From NCBI GenBank assembly GCA_017449025.1, contig JAFSKJ010000097.1, positions 163-64,162 of the forward strand: a DNA stretch of 64,000 nt, read 5' to 3'. Under the pieces are notes generated by a model, which worked only from the letters and a program-made list of their open reading frames with translations, was not told the DNA's origin and did not search any database. Each line of letters opens with the position of its first letter. The first letter of the stretch is position 1. The DNA comes from Prevotella sp. GTDB taxonomy: Bacteria; Bacteroidota; Bacteroidia; Bacteroidales; Bacteroidaceae. This document shows, in pieces, positions 19,901 to 28,624 of this stretch. A program made the translations under genes and the position numbers.

Positions 19901-20290
19901 CTTGGAGGTGACGGTCACCTCCTTTATCTGTGTGGCGTCCACCAGCTTCACAATGAACTTCGTCTTGTTAAAAGGAAGGGTCACCGTCTTGTATCCCACA
20001 TACGAGATACGGAGCTTGTCCTTCGGGTTCTTCAACTTGAACGAGAAGTTACCGCTCATGTCGGTCTGAGCGGAGGCCACTATGCGGTTGGCAGCATCAA
20101 GCTCCACCACATTGGCCATCATCACAGGGCCGAAATTGTCGGACACCGTTCCGCTGATGATGTCGCCGGCCTTCTGCGCAAAACAGATTGAAGATTGAAA
20201 AATGAAGATTGACAGTTGCAGGCAGAAAGCCGCAATCCACAATCTCTTTGACCAATCCTCACGTGGGAATAAATGTTCTATTGTCTTCAT
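16943..20290 (-). CDS. susC: SusC/RagA TonB-dependent transporter (cassette A, first)
   Basis: ALQGRIAGL, VLKDAAATAIWGSQGANGVIEIKTKRG, RRDGSTKFG, terminal Phe (VTVSF); likely ATG at 20290. Confidence 0.96.
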   Translation of the reverse strand: MKTIEHLFPREDWSKRLWIAAFCLQLSIFIFQSSICFAQKAGDIISGTVSDNFGPVMMANVVELDAANRIVASAQTDMSGNFSFKLKNPKDKLRISYVGYKTVTLPFNKTKFIVKLVDATQIKEVTVTSKKRAQGSGLAIPQKEISTARQSIDMKEFEGLAITTVDEALQGRIAGLDIVANSGNLGSGTSMRLRGVSSINGSSEPLIVVDGNVWETGNTDNFDFSSANDEKFAELLNVNPEDIESIAVLKDAAATAIWGSQGANGVIEIKTKRGARGKTKVTYSLRLTGTYQPEGMKLLNGDEYTMMLKEEYFNPHLQAGASDNIDEINYRSGGEFSEYQMYNENTDWVDAVKKTGWRQNHYLALSGGGEKANFRIAAGYDHETGSIIKQKLDRFTTRVALDYFVSNRIKIQTNVALTYTDNKKNYADLLSVAYRRMPNLAIYEQDKDGNSLGTYYNMLPTVNEVFRDNQLKDYNPVALADLAKNEETSYNIEPEFKLNYELLSFEEEKSRLTYEGKIVFNIFNRYNDMFRPLSLSTGGWSSSDANLATNNAYKSLGITTTHTLTFVPHFRNLDHSLMMMLRGQLTDGNSTSQNTSEYGLPTGTIISASAPGIISSFGSSPGQWRSIYLTYSAHYAFKGRYILDFSVRRDGSTKFGPDQRWGNFPALSGKYIISDEPWFKKGLPFVSMLAIRPGWGIVGAQPGSEGLFYSKYTGGKGYMDNGSVYQSNVQLKNLKWEQKETFNLGIDFGFWDDRINGNVEVYRQKTTDLLMGNRSLPSSSGFSSLAYQNVGSMENVGWEFNLNGNNIIKKGKFGVDFNITFANNRNKLTEMDETVLASLNSDFDRKNGSYLSRVELNRPLGGIYGFRYKGVYQYSKYSEEEVPGVSGPNAPVARDENGNVILDNYGRTKPMVFCYTGTDDEDKEFHGGDAIYEDVNADGQINELDIVYLGSSLPKFTGGFGFKLHWGRLTWNNQFNFRYGNKIINKARMNAENMYSNNNQSRAVLWRWRVEGDVSPIPRALYNYGYNWLGSDRFVEDGSFIRLNYSQLSYALSPKSLKKVGLSQLSLYVSANNLFVLTKYSGADPEVGYGGYGIVTDNAQTPRAKSFTAGVTVSF

Positions 20291-20309
20291 AATCTTCAAT
20301 TTTCAATCT

Positions 20310-22907
20310 TCAGTTTTCAGTCATCAGTGGTCCGTCAATCAAGTGAATAACTGCCGACGATGAGTTGTGGATAATCGTGGCACTGCTCTTCGACGAGGTG
20401 TTGTACGTATATTCGCGGGCCATCAGGTTGAACAGTCCTGGCTTTTCGGTCATCACCCTGCGTACGTTGCCGGCCTTGTCCTTGATGGAAATGCTGCTGC
20501 CGTTTTTGTCGGTGGTGATGGCCAGCTTGTTGAAGGTCTTGCTCTGCTTGTCTATGAAAGCCGTCTCAAACTCTGCCATGCTGGTTCCGTCGGCATTGCT
20601 GCTGTCGTTGTCAGTAATGTTGTCAGCACCGATAAAGAGGGAGTTGTCCTGGATGTGGTAGCGCAGGAACTCGTTAATCTGCTGTGAATATTGCAGGAAC
20701 GTCTGCTTCTGCTTGAAGTCCGTGGTGTCAAGTACAGCCACGTCATCCCACGTAGGCAGCTTGTTGGCGGCAATCAGTGCGTCGATGCTCTCGTTTGTGG
20801 GCACGTAGACAGTGTAGTGGAAGTTGTTGAAAACGCTGATGCACGTGTCGCTGCAGGCGAAGCGCCCGTCGTGGATGGTCTCCAGTAGGTCGCTGCCCTC
20901 AAGCAGTTCGCGGAAACGGCTGAACTCCGGATGCTGCCCTAACAGGTTGCACACGGTCTGGCGGGTACCCATCACGGGGCTGTCCTCCAGTATGTAGGTC
21001 TTACCGTTACCGCCATTGGTCTGGTCGTAGACATAGGTGATGGGCACCGACGGTGTCTCGCCGTTCACCTGGCGGCTACCTTCCACCAGCATGCCCTGGG
21101 CGCCTTGGGTGGCATTGCGGACACGCAGTGTGGAGCCTCCCTTCGTGCGGTAGTACTCATGTCCGTCTTCCACATCGCCAATGACCACATGGTCGTCCAG
21201 TATGTTGTACAGGCGGTTCAGTATGGGGTTGCCGTCCAAGCTCATGCCGCCACTATTCGTGTACACGCCAATGGAGTCGCCGGCAATGCCTGTCTCCGGG
21301 TCAATGTTGTGGATGCTGGCATACACCTCGTTACCCTTCTTGGTGGGGTCGTAATGGAAGCGCAGCAACTGTCGCTGGGGCTTGCCATACGAAACGGGGT
21401 CGACATACTCAAGCAAAGCATTGTTCGACGGCAGGAAGAAGCTGTAGCGTGAGTTCAGCGAGTTCAGGTAGGCACCGTAGTTCAGCTGCTCGATGGCCCA
21501 GTGTATAATGCTCATGTTCTGGTCAACCACCGTAGGATACATCACACTCACGAACGAGGTGGGAGTAAACACGTGGTTGGTCAGATAGACGGCACCGTTG
21601 CAGGCCAGCCACACCGAGTCTACATGCTCGGCCGTGATGCCCAGGGGGTCAGCGGCATCGTTCAATATGTACTGGAACTTGCTGGGCACGCTGCTGATGA
21701 ACGACGACAGCATGTTGGCCTTGAGGAACTCCGTCAGTGTGGAATAGGGAACGTTGTCCCACGAGCCGAAGCTCTTGCGGAGTGCAGCACCGGCACCATT
21801 CTCCCAATAGTCGTTCAGGGCCTCATCGCTGGGCACCAGCATCACGGCCATGTCCTGCTGAAGGGCGGTCTCGCTTCCCTCGCTCGACAGTATGAAGTAG
21901 CTGTTCCATCCTGGGTCGAACGGCAGCTCGCCGTTGGCCTGGCTCTTCTGGTTATGGGTGGAGGTGAACTCCTGGCCTCCCTGCGAGCGCTTGGCGAAGT
22001 ATCGCAGCTGGAACACCGAGTCCACTGAGGTGCCGCGGTTGGTATTGTAGGCACGTGTCACCTCGTCGCCGCAGTAGTCGAGCACGGAGTAGCGCTCCAA
22101 CAGATGGGCGAAGATGCTGGTGTTCTTCTTGTTGGCTATTATGTCGGCCATGTTGGGTAGCGGTGTCATCACCTCGCTCATGCGGTTGATGAAACCGTTC
22201 AGGCAACGTATGTTCTGCTCCACAATCTGCGCACCGTTCACCGAGGCATCGCCGCTCTGGCGGTGGGTGGTGTGGTTGAACAGGAAGTCGTAGTCCTCGT
22301 TGGTAATCTGCTTGTTGGCCATCTGGCGCTCAATGAAATGAATCAGGGGTGTTGGCGTCATGTCATGCATCACCACCAAGTTGTCGCGGTCACGGTAGCT
22401 CTGCCAGTAGATGGCATCGGGGATGTCCCCCTTGCGCATCACAGGCACTGTGTCGTAGATGGAGAGCGACGACTGTCGGCGCATGCAGTTGCCCTCAACG
22501 GGTCCCTCGGTACTTGAGAGTGCCTGCACCTGATAGCTGTTGTCGATCATACTGCCAAACAGCAGCATTTTCTTCTGCGAGTTCGACAACTGCTCGTAGC
22601 TCTTCACACCCCACGCATTGTTATGGTAAAACCGCTCAAAGGCCGCATCGTCGGCCACAAAGAGCGTCTTCGAACCGGTCTTGGCCAGCACGTCACGGTA
22701 GCCAAGATCATCAATCATCCGCACTGTGTTGGTGAAATTGCCCTGCTCGTCGAGCCAACTGTAGATGCTCGAATCCCATCCCTCGGGAGTCCGCTCGTCC
22801 AAGTCGTACTCTGAACACGACGTCAAGGCACTTCCTCCTGCCAACAGCACGCCGGCGACCAGCACCCAGTACCGGCCCCGTTTCCAGAATTGTCTTTCGG
22901 TTTTCAT
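20310..22907 (-). CDS. Multi-FAS1 domain lipoprotein, first gene of cassette A
   Basis: Lipobox LTSCSE; KTLFVADDAAF, YTVYVPTNESI, AVIHLIDGPL; paralog of 36672..39314. Confidence 0.85.
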   Translation of the reverse strand: MKTERQFWKRGRYWVLVAGVLLAGGSALTSCSEYDLDERTPEGWDSSIYSWLDEQGNFTNTVRMIDDLGYRDVLAKTGSKTLFVADDAAFERFYHNNAWGVKSYEQLSNSQKKMLLFGSMIDNSYQVQALSSTEGPVEGNCMRRQSSLSIYDTVPVMRKGDIPDAIYWQSYRDRDNLVVMHDMTPTPLIHFIERQMANKQITNEDYDFLFNHTTHRQSGDASVNGAQIVEQNIRCLNGFINRMSEVMTPLPNMADIIANKKNTSIFAHLLERYSVLDYCGDEVTRAYNTNRGTSVDSVFQLRYFAKRSQGGQEFTSTHNQKSQANGELPFDPGWNSYFILSSEGSETALQQDMAVMLVPSDEALNDYWENGAGAALRKSFGSWDNVPYSTLTEFLKANMLSSFISSVPSKFQYILNDAADPLGITAEHVDSVWLACNGAVYLTNHVFTPTSFVSVMYPTVVDQNMSIIHWAIEQLNYGAYLNSLNSRYSFFLPSNNALLEYVDPVSYGKPQRQLLRFHYDPTKKGNEVYASIHNIDPETGIAGDSIGVYTNSGGMSLDGNPILNRLYNILDDHVVIGDVEDGHEYYRTKGGSTLRVRNATQGAQGMLVEGSRQVNGETPSVPITYVYDQTNGGNGKTYILEDSPVMGTRQTVCNLLGQHPEFSRFRELLEGSDLLETIHDGRFACSDTCISVFNNFHYTVYVPTNESIDALIAANKLPTWDDVAVLDTTDFKQKQTFLQYSQQINEFLRYHIQDNSLFIGADNITDNDSSNADGTSMAEFETAFIDKQSKTFNKLAITTDKNGSSISIKDKAGNVRRVMTEKPGLFNLMAREYTYNTSSKSSATIIHNSSSAVIHLIDGPLMTEN

Positions 22908-22952
22908 ACGTTGTTGTGAATTTTTTGATTATTTGTTGTTAGGTTTTTCCGT

Positions 22953-23062
22953 TGCAAAGGTAGTGATAAATAGTTAATCAGGCTTGTTGCCACGTGTGGT
23001 GGACTTTTCTATACGTACATGCGTACTTCGGCAACGTCTCAAATGCTTTCCATTTTGTGTCA
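22953..23062 (-). promoter_or_regulatory. Cassette A promoter with four half-sites in 21-bp register
   Basis: TACCTTTG (22962-22955); plus-strand half-sites cacgtgtgg 22991, tacgtacat 23012, aacgtctca 23033, tttgtgtca 23054. Confidence 0.6.
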
Positions 23063-23845
23063 CTTGTGGTTGACACCGTAGCCGAACAGCGCAAAGTCGC
23101 CCTTCAGGGGGTCGTCGGGAAACACTTCGGCCAGGGCTGCCGTCAGCCGCCGGGCGGTGCTCATGGTGGCCGTCTTGCTTGAGAGAAGCCCTAATCTGAC
23201 GCTTTGGCTGAGCACGTGGGTGTCCATGGGAACGATGAGCTGGCGGCGGTCGATGAAGTCTGACCAGAGGCCGAGGTCTACGGGCGAACCGCTGCGCACC
23301 ATCCACCTGAGGAACATGCAGACGCGCTTGCAGGCCGACTGCGTGTCCTTGGGCACCACTAAGCTCATGCCCTGTTGGTTGAAGTAGTGGCAGATGGACT
23401 CTATGGCCGTCAGGGCATCGCCTGCCCTCCTAACCATGCCCGTGTCGTCGTTGCTGGCTTGCTGCATAGCCTCTAAAACATAGTTGCCCAGGGTGCCGAA
23501 AGCAGAAAGCAATCGGCGGTAGTCGTTCAGGAAGTTGCACATTGTGTTGTTGTTGTACAAGCGGTAGAAGCAGCGCCTGTCGCCAGCGGCGAACATGCGC
23601 TCGTAGTGCCCCGAGCGAATCCAGTGGTCAACGTCGCCATCGGCGGCATCGAGAATCAGCCTTATCTTCTGCATAAACTGCTGGCGGCTGCCATAGCTCA
23701 GACATGAGGCAACAAAGGCCATGGCCTCCTGATTCCTGCTGCCGCTCACCTGATGCATGAACCACGACGGGTCGCCGTCGAGGAAATCCGCCGTCTCGTA
23801 CTGCTCTGCATAGCGCACGAGCAGCTCGCGTGTCTCTTTCTCCAT
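23060..23845 (-). CDS. TIGR02757 / DUF2400 family protein (HhH-GPD-like, putative DNA repair)
   Basis: SACKRVCMFLRWMVR, VDLGLW, LIVPMDTHV, FPDDPLKGDFALFGYG. Confidence 0.9.
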   Translation of the reverse strand: MEKETRELLVRYAEQYETADFLDGDPSWFMHQVSGSRNQEAMAFVASCLSYGSRQQFMQKIRLILDAADGDVDHWIRSGHYERMFAAGDRRCFYRLYNNNTMCNFLNDYRRLLSAFGTLGNYVLEAMQQASNDDTGMVRRAGDALTAIESICHYFNQQGMSLVVPKDTQSACKRVCMFLRWMVRSGSPVDLGLWSDFIDRRQLIVPMDTHVLSQSVRLGLLSSKTATMSTARRLTAALAEVFPDDPLKGDFALFGYGVNHK

Positions 23846-23907
23846 ATCCTCTCTCCTTTTTTATTTAATTATTAATAGATTATGGTGGGTAAGGTTTGTT
23901 TTGCGCC

Positions 23908-23990
23908 GTGCAAAGATACTAAATTCCGGCGAAACTTTCGAAAAACGCGGCAAAAGTATTGCGAATTGGGTAAAAAGTAGTACCTTTGCA
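23908..23990. promoter_or_regulatory. Divergent sigmaA promoters
   Basis: TATCTTTG on the minus strand (~23918-23911) for DUF2400; TACCTTTG on the plus strand (23981-23988) for the CotH gene. Confidence 0.55.
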
Positions 23991-24017
23991 GTCGATTTTT
24001 ATGACATGAAGAATATT

Positions 24018-25619
24018 ATGAAAGCAAAGAGACTTGTAATTTGGATTTTGTCGCTGACATTCATGCCGGTGACAGCAGTTGCCGACGCCTACGACGCGAA
24101 CAACTATCTGCCTACGAACGCCAATGTGACGCTTAACGAGACCAACCTCCCCATACTCTTCATCAATACCACGGCATTAACTGGCAATACCACGGTAATC
24201 CACAAGGACTACCGTGTGGCCGTCCGCATGACCATCATCAGCAATGCCGACGGCAAGAACTACGCCGACACGGTGGCACATCCTAATCAGAAAATAGACT
24301 ACGACGGATGGGTTGCTATCAAGTACAGGGGAAACTCTTCGTTCGAATATGCGAAGAAGAAACCCCTTGGCTTCAAGACAATGGCAACGAGCGACGTCGA
24401 CGGGAAGAAGGAAAAAGTGAAGCTCTTAGGCATGCCCAAGGACAACGACTGGGTGCTGCTCGCTCCCTACCATGACCGCAGCATGATACGCGACGTGCTC
24501 ACCTTCGAGCTGGCCAGGCCATACTTTGAGTACACGCCGCGCTCACGCCACTGTGAGCTGATTATGGACGGTGTCTACCGCGGAGTCTACATACTCTGCG
24601 AGAAGCCCGGCAAGGGCAAGAACCGCCTGAACTTGGAAGAGCCCGGCGACGAGGGCGATGCCGTTACCGGCGACTACCTCATTGAAGTCGACGGCAACGA
24701 CGAGGAGCACTATTATACGTCGAAATACAAGGCACGCGACGCAAACGGGAAAGACATCTACCTGCACAGCAATGTTTACATACAGTACAAGGCTCCTGAC
24801 TACGACGACATGATGCCCGACCATCCGGCGCAGCTGGAATACATCAACCAGCATATATCCGATATGGAGGACGCACTGAACGGCCCGGGCTTCGCCAGCC
24901 CACAGACAGGCTACCGACATTATTTCGACGTGTCGTCGATTGTCAACTTCATGCTCACACAAGAGTTCACCGGCAATCCCGACGCATACCGCAGGAGCAC
25001 ATACCTCTACAAGCGCCGCGACTCCGTAGACCCGCGCTTCAAGATGTGCCTCTGGGATTTCAATATGGCCTACGGCAACAGCCTGCAGGGGTATCTGGGC
25101 GAAAACAAGTGGCATTACATAAACGAATCCTCCATACAGGCATTCAGGCATAACCACGTGCCCTTCTGGTGGACACGCATGATGAGCGACCCATACTACG
25201 TGGACCGGCTGAAGAGGCGCTGGGGCGAGTTCCGCACGTCAAGCTTCCGCGAGGCGCACATCACCCAGGTGATAGACTCGCTCGTCAACCTGCTCGAGAT
25301 AGGGGGAGCGCGTGAACGCAACTACCAGGCGTGGCCGAACTGGAACGAATACGTTTATCTGGCAGCTAACAATACAAGAAACTACGAAGAGGAGATTGCC
25401 ACACTGCGCTCATGGATAGACTCTCATCTGAGCTGGCTCGACCAGCAGCTTGGCTTCGACCCTCAGAGCCAGACAACGGGAATCCTTTCTTGCACTCTGA
25501 ATGCTGACGGCAATGAGGCCGGCAGTGAGTGGTATGACCTGCAAGGCCGCCGGATAGATGGCCTTCCGGCGAAAAAAGGTGTCTATGTCCATGGCGGCAG
25601 AAAAGTAGTTGTGAGATAG
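24018..25619 (+). CDS. CotH kinase family secreted protein with T9SS-like tail
   Basis: IKYRGNSS, DWVLLA..DRSMIRD, YRGVYILCEK, NPDAYRRSTYLYK, LWDFNMAYGN; tail YDLQGRRI..KGVYVHGGRKVVVR; start at 24006 or 24018. Confidence 0.88.
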   Translation: MKAKRLVIWILSLTFMPVTAVADAYDANNYLPTNANVTLNETNLPILFINTTALTGNTTVIHKDYRVAVRMTIISNADGKNYADTVAHPNQKIDYDGWVAIKYRGNSSFEYAKKKPLGFKTMATSDVDGKKEKVKLLGMPKDNDWVLLAPYHDRSMIRDVLTFELARPYFEYTPRSRHCELIMDGVYRGVYILCEKPGKGKNRLNLEEPGDEGDAVTGDYLIEVDGNDEEHYYTSKYKARDANGKDIYLHSNVYIQYKAPDYDDMMPDHPAQLEYINQHISDMEDALNGPGFASPQTGYRHYFDVSSIVNFMLTQEFTGNPDAYRRSTYLYKRRDSVDPRFKMCLWDFNMAYGNSLQGYLGENKWHYINESSIQAFRHNHVPFWWTRMMSDPYYVDRLKRRWGEFRTSSFREAHITQVIDSLVNLLEIGGARERNYQAWPNWNEYVYLAANNTRNYEEEIATLRSWIDSHLSWLDQQLGFDPQSQTTGILSCTLNADGNEAGSEWYDLQGRRIDGLPAKKGVYVHGGRKVVVR

Positions 25620-25657
25620 AGACTAACCGAAATAACTGACAATTATCAATTATAGTG

Positions 25658-28171
25658 ATGAAAAGAACCGTATTATCAACACTCATTACCGTTATCGCCG
25701 CACTGTCTGCCATGGCCCAGACCAAGGAAATAGACATCAGCGGCAACAACACCTCATCAAGTTACGTAACCTACGACAAGGCCTTCTCGATAGCCGCCAG
25801 CTATTCCGTCGACGTGAAGATGGCGCGCTACTGCTACTTCTCGTCGACCATCACCGGCAGTGGCACACTGAACCTATATGCCGGCGGCGAGCGCTGCTAC
25901 CTCGGCACCGAGAAGGGCAAGAGCTGGCCCAACTGGAATGGCTACAAGGGCGACATACACATTTATCCGTTCAAGGAGAACTCGTCGTCGGCAGGGTTCT
26001 TCGGCGTGGTGCTTGCCCATGGCGGCAAGTCGTCGTCGGCAGACAATGCCCTTGACGATGCACAGTCGGGCAAGGTAAACACTTCGATGGCCAGCAATAA
26101 GGTGACGCTGCACAGTGGAGCCACCATCTGTTGCGAGGCCAACACGTCGGGAGCCGGCTTCCGCATCGGTGAGCTGCAGACCGAGGCAGGCTCAACGTTG
26201 CAGGGGTATATGAAAACCAAGCGGGCAGCCTATTATCTGATTGGCGGACTGGACACCGACGGTACGCTGGCAGGAACCATAGCCCCGTCGAGCTACAACG
26301 ACGAGACATTGTTGGGCATTGTGAAGGAAGGCAAGGGCACTTACTGCATAACAGGCAACAACAACTACGTGAGCGGTGCCCTCCGCGTGCTGGAAGGCCG
26401 TGTGCTCGTGGCAAACGACCGCGCCGAGGCTGAGACGAAGAAGATGCGCGGAGCGCTCGGCGCGCGCCCTAACGAGAGCGACGCCATTGCCTATGTCTTC
26501 ACCAATGGTGTGCTCGGAGGCACGGGCAGCATAGGCGGCACCGTGGATAACTTCGGAACCATTGAGCCTGGCGACGACGCCACAGGCACACTCACCATAA
26601 GGAACTATGCGGCGCCCTCGAAAAACGCCAACCTCACCGTACATCCCACATCGGTGCTGCGCTTCAAGATTGGCTCTGCCGACAGCTACGACCGTCTCGA
26701 TATAGGCGGCACGGTGGGTTTCGACACACGCATGGAGGATTTTTCTACCAGCGACAAGAGTCCCATCATCGAGATTGCGTTCGACGGAACACCTGTCAGC
26801 GTAGGCACTGAGCTGACGCTGATAAGCGCAAAGAGCAAGACCGGCGACTGGAACTTCATCCTGCGCCGCCCGCAGAACTACACGTGGGAGATTGAGGAGC
26901 GGACGGCAGAAGGGCAGTATCAGGTGGTGCTGCGATTGGTGTCGCTCAGCACCCCAGAAAACCCCGATGACCCCGACAATCCCGACGACCCCGACAATCC
27001 TCAGTCGACGATGGGAGCCTACTATGACGATGGCATCAATGACAACACCGACACGAAAACCCTCAGATACTATGCCGACAAGAACAAGAAGAACATTGGC
27101 GTGGCACTGTCAACATGGAAGGACGGTAGCAGCGAGGCCGGGCGGCAGTTCAACATGCTCGTGGCCGAGAACGAGATGAAGATGGAGACGCTGCAGCCCT
27201 CTGAGGGGCAGTTCAGCTTCGGACAGGCCGACAACCTTGTGGCCCTGGCCAAGAGCAGCAACATGGCCGTGCGCGGCCACTGCTTGGTGTGGCACTCGCA
27301 GCAGCCCACATGGCTGAGCGAAGACGGCGGCAAGAAGAACGACAAGCACTGGACACGCGCACAGGCTCTCGACCTGATGAAAAACCACATCAACACCTTG
27401 ATGAGCCATTTCAAGGGCAAGGTTACGGAGTGGGATGTGGTGAACGAATGTTTAGACGACGACCAGTCGGTGGTGCGCACCAACCCCAAGGCCTACAACC
27501 TGCGGCAGAGCGTGTGGCGATTAGCCATCGGCGACGACTATGTCGACTCCGCGTTCGTCTATGCCCACCGCGCCGACCCCACGGCCGTGCTCTACCTGAA
27601 CGACTACGACGTGGAGTTGCAGGGTAGCGCCAAGGCCGAAGCTTTCTTCAACCTCATTATGCACCTCAAGGAGAGAAACATTCCCGTTGACGGCGCTGGC
27701 CTGCAGTGCCACTTCTCCATTGGCGAGGTGGACTCGGTGAAGCTTGCCAAGACCATCAGCCGCTTTGGAGATGAAAACCTGAAGTGCATCATCACCGAGC
27801 TTGACATGGGCATACCGTCAACGTCAAGTGCCAACTTAGAGGAGCAGGCCCGTAACTACAGGGTGGTCACCGACATAATGCTGAACAACGACAACTGCCC
27901 AAGCATGGTGGTTTGGGGCGTGAAGGACAACGACTCGTGGCGCTCGGCCTCAAGCCCTCTGCTATACAACAGCGGCCTGGGCAAGAAGCCGGCATGGTAT
28001 GCCGTACGCTCGGCACTGCGCCACCGCGCCATCATTAATGAGCAGTCTGCCGGTGTTGACATGCCTGCCGCAAAACCCACCTCCAACGCCGTCTACGACC
28101 TGACGGGCCGCAGGGTTGAGAAGCCTGGCAAGGGAATATATATTGTTGGCGGCAGGAAGGTTGTGTACTAA
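25658..28171 (+). CDS. Multidomain endo-1,4-beta-xylanase: beta-helix/autotransporter-passenger-like N-region, PDD/PDN linker, GH10 domain, T9SS-like tail
   Basis: GH10 motifs AENEMK, RGHCLVWHSQ, WDVVNE, YLNDY, GLQCH, ITELD; passenger-type VKEGKGTYCITGNNNYVSG; tail YDLTGRRV..GIYIVGGRKVVY. Confidence 0.9.
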   Translation: MKRTVLSTLITVIAALSAMAQTKEIDISGNNTSSSYVTYDKAFSIAASYSVDVKMARYCYFSSTITGSGTLNLYAGGERCYLGTEKGKSWPNWNGYKGDIHIYPFKENSSSAGFFGVVLAHGGKSSSADNALDDAQSGKVNTSMASNKVTLHSGATICCEANTSGAGFRIGELQTEAGSTLQGYMKTKRAAYYLIGGLDTDGTLAGTIAPSSYNDETLLGIVKEGKGTYCITGNNNYVSGALRVLEGRVLVANDRAEAETKKMRGALGARPNESDAIAYVFTNGVLGGTGSIGGTVDNFGTIEPGDDATGTLTIRNYAAPSKNANLTVHPTSVLRFKIGSADSYDRLDIGGTVGFDTRMEDFSTSDKSPIIEIAFDGTPVSVGTELTLISAKSKTGDWNFILRRPQNYTWEIEERTAEGQYQVVLRLVSLSTPENPDDPDNPDDPDNPQSTMGAYYDDGINDNTDTKTLRYYADKNKKNIGVALSTWKDGSSEAGRQFNMLVAENEMKMETLQPSEGQFSFGQADNLVALAKSSNMAVRGHCLVWHSQQPTWLSEDGGKKNDKHWTRAQALDLMKNHINTLMSHFKGKVTEWDVVNECLDDDQSVVRTNPKAYNLRQSVWRLAIGDDYVDSAFVYAHRADPTAVLYLNDYDVELQGSAKAEAFFNLIMHLKERNIPVDGAGLQCHFSIGEVDSVKLAKTISRFGDENLKCIITELDMGIPSTSSANLEEQARNYRVVTDIMLNNDNCPSMVVWGVKDNDSWRSASSPLLYNSGLGKKPAWYAVRSALRHRAIINEQSAGVDMPAAKPTSNAVYDLTGRRVEKPGKGIYIVGGRKVVY

Positions 28172-28370
28172 GGTGGTTGCTCGTATGCCGCGATTATAGC
28201 GGCCCAACCATCTCCTCCTTTCGCGCGCGAATATGAGGTGTCGGTGACAAGCGTGCTGTAGGTACGCGATAATCCGCGCTTTTTGTCGCCTACCTAAAGG
28301 CAGGATTCTTTGTGTTGTCATTCCACCAGCCATTTCGCCATACCTTCGGCATGGCTGTATGGCTACATAC

Positions 28371-28401
28371 CCCTATCTGATGCCTCTGGCATCGTCTTCC
28401 T
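28371..28401 (+). repeat. 31-bp intergenic repeat, direct copy at 53879-53909
   Basis: CCCTATCTGA(T/C)GCCTCTGGCATCGTCTTCCT, 30/31 identical. Confidence 0.8.
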
Positions 28402-28469
28402 TTCAATGAATAGTTGTCCAGTAAATGTTAATTTTACACTTAAAACTTAAAAAAAATCGGGGAAAAGCA

Positions 28470-28501
28470 TTGCTGTTAGAAAAAATTTGTTTATCTTTGC
28501 A
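28470..28501 (+). promoter_or_regulatory. sigmaA promoter upstream of 28625
   Basis: TTG (-33) followed by TATCTTTG (28492-28499). Confidence 0.6.
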
Positions 28502-28624
28502 CTTGCTTAATAATAAGCGGCCAATAACTGGTGCCTGATGGCATCTGAAACCATGAAGATGTGAAACTATTACTCGTTTTTATAAATCAATTTATTACTA
28601 ATCATTCAAAAAAACTTAAAGCTT

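Noticed and set aside
26960-27002. Tandem 9-bp repeats (PDDPDN); also QRPQ repeats near 61010-61070 and TNE repeats near 63372-63400
   Set aside because: In-frame low-complexity linkers, common in such proteins; no phase-variation potential
28171-28365. Several hairpins downstream of the GH10 gene (possible riboswitch)
   Set aside because: They lie upstream of the next promoter, so they are not in a leader; no recognisable aptamer; likely terminator/REP debris
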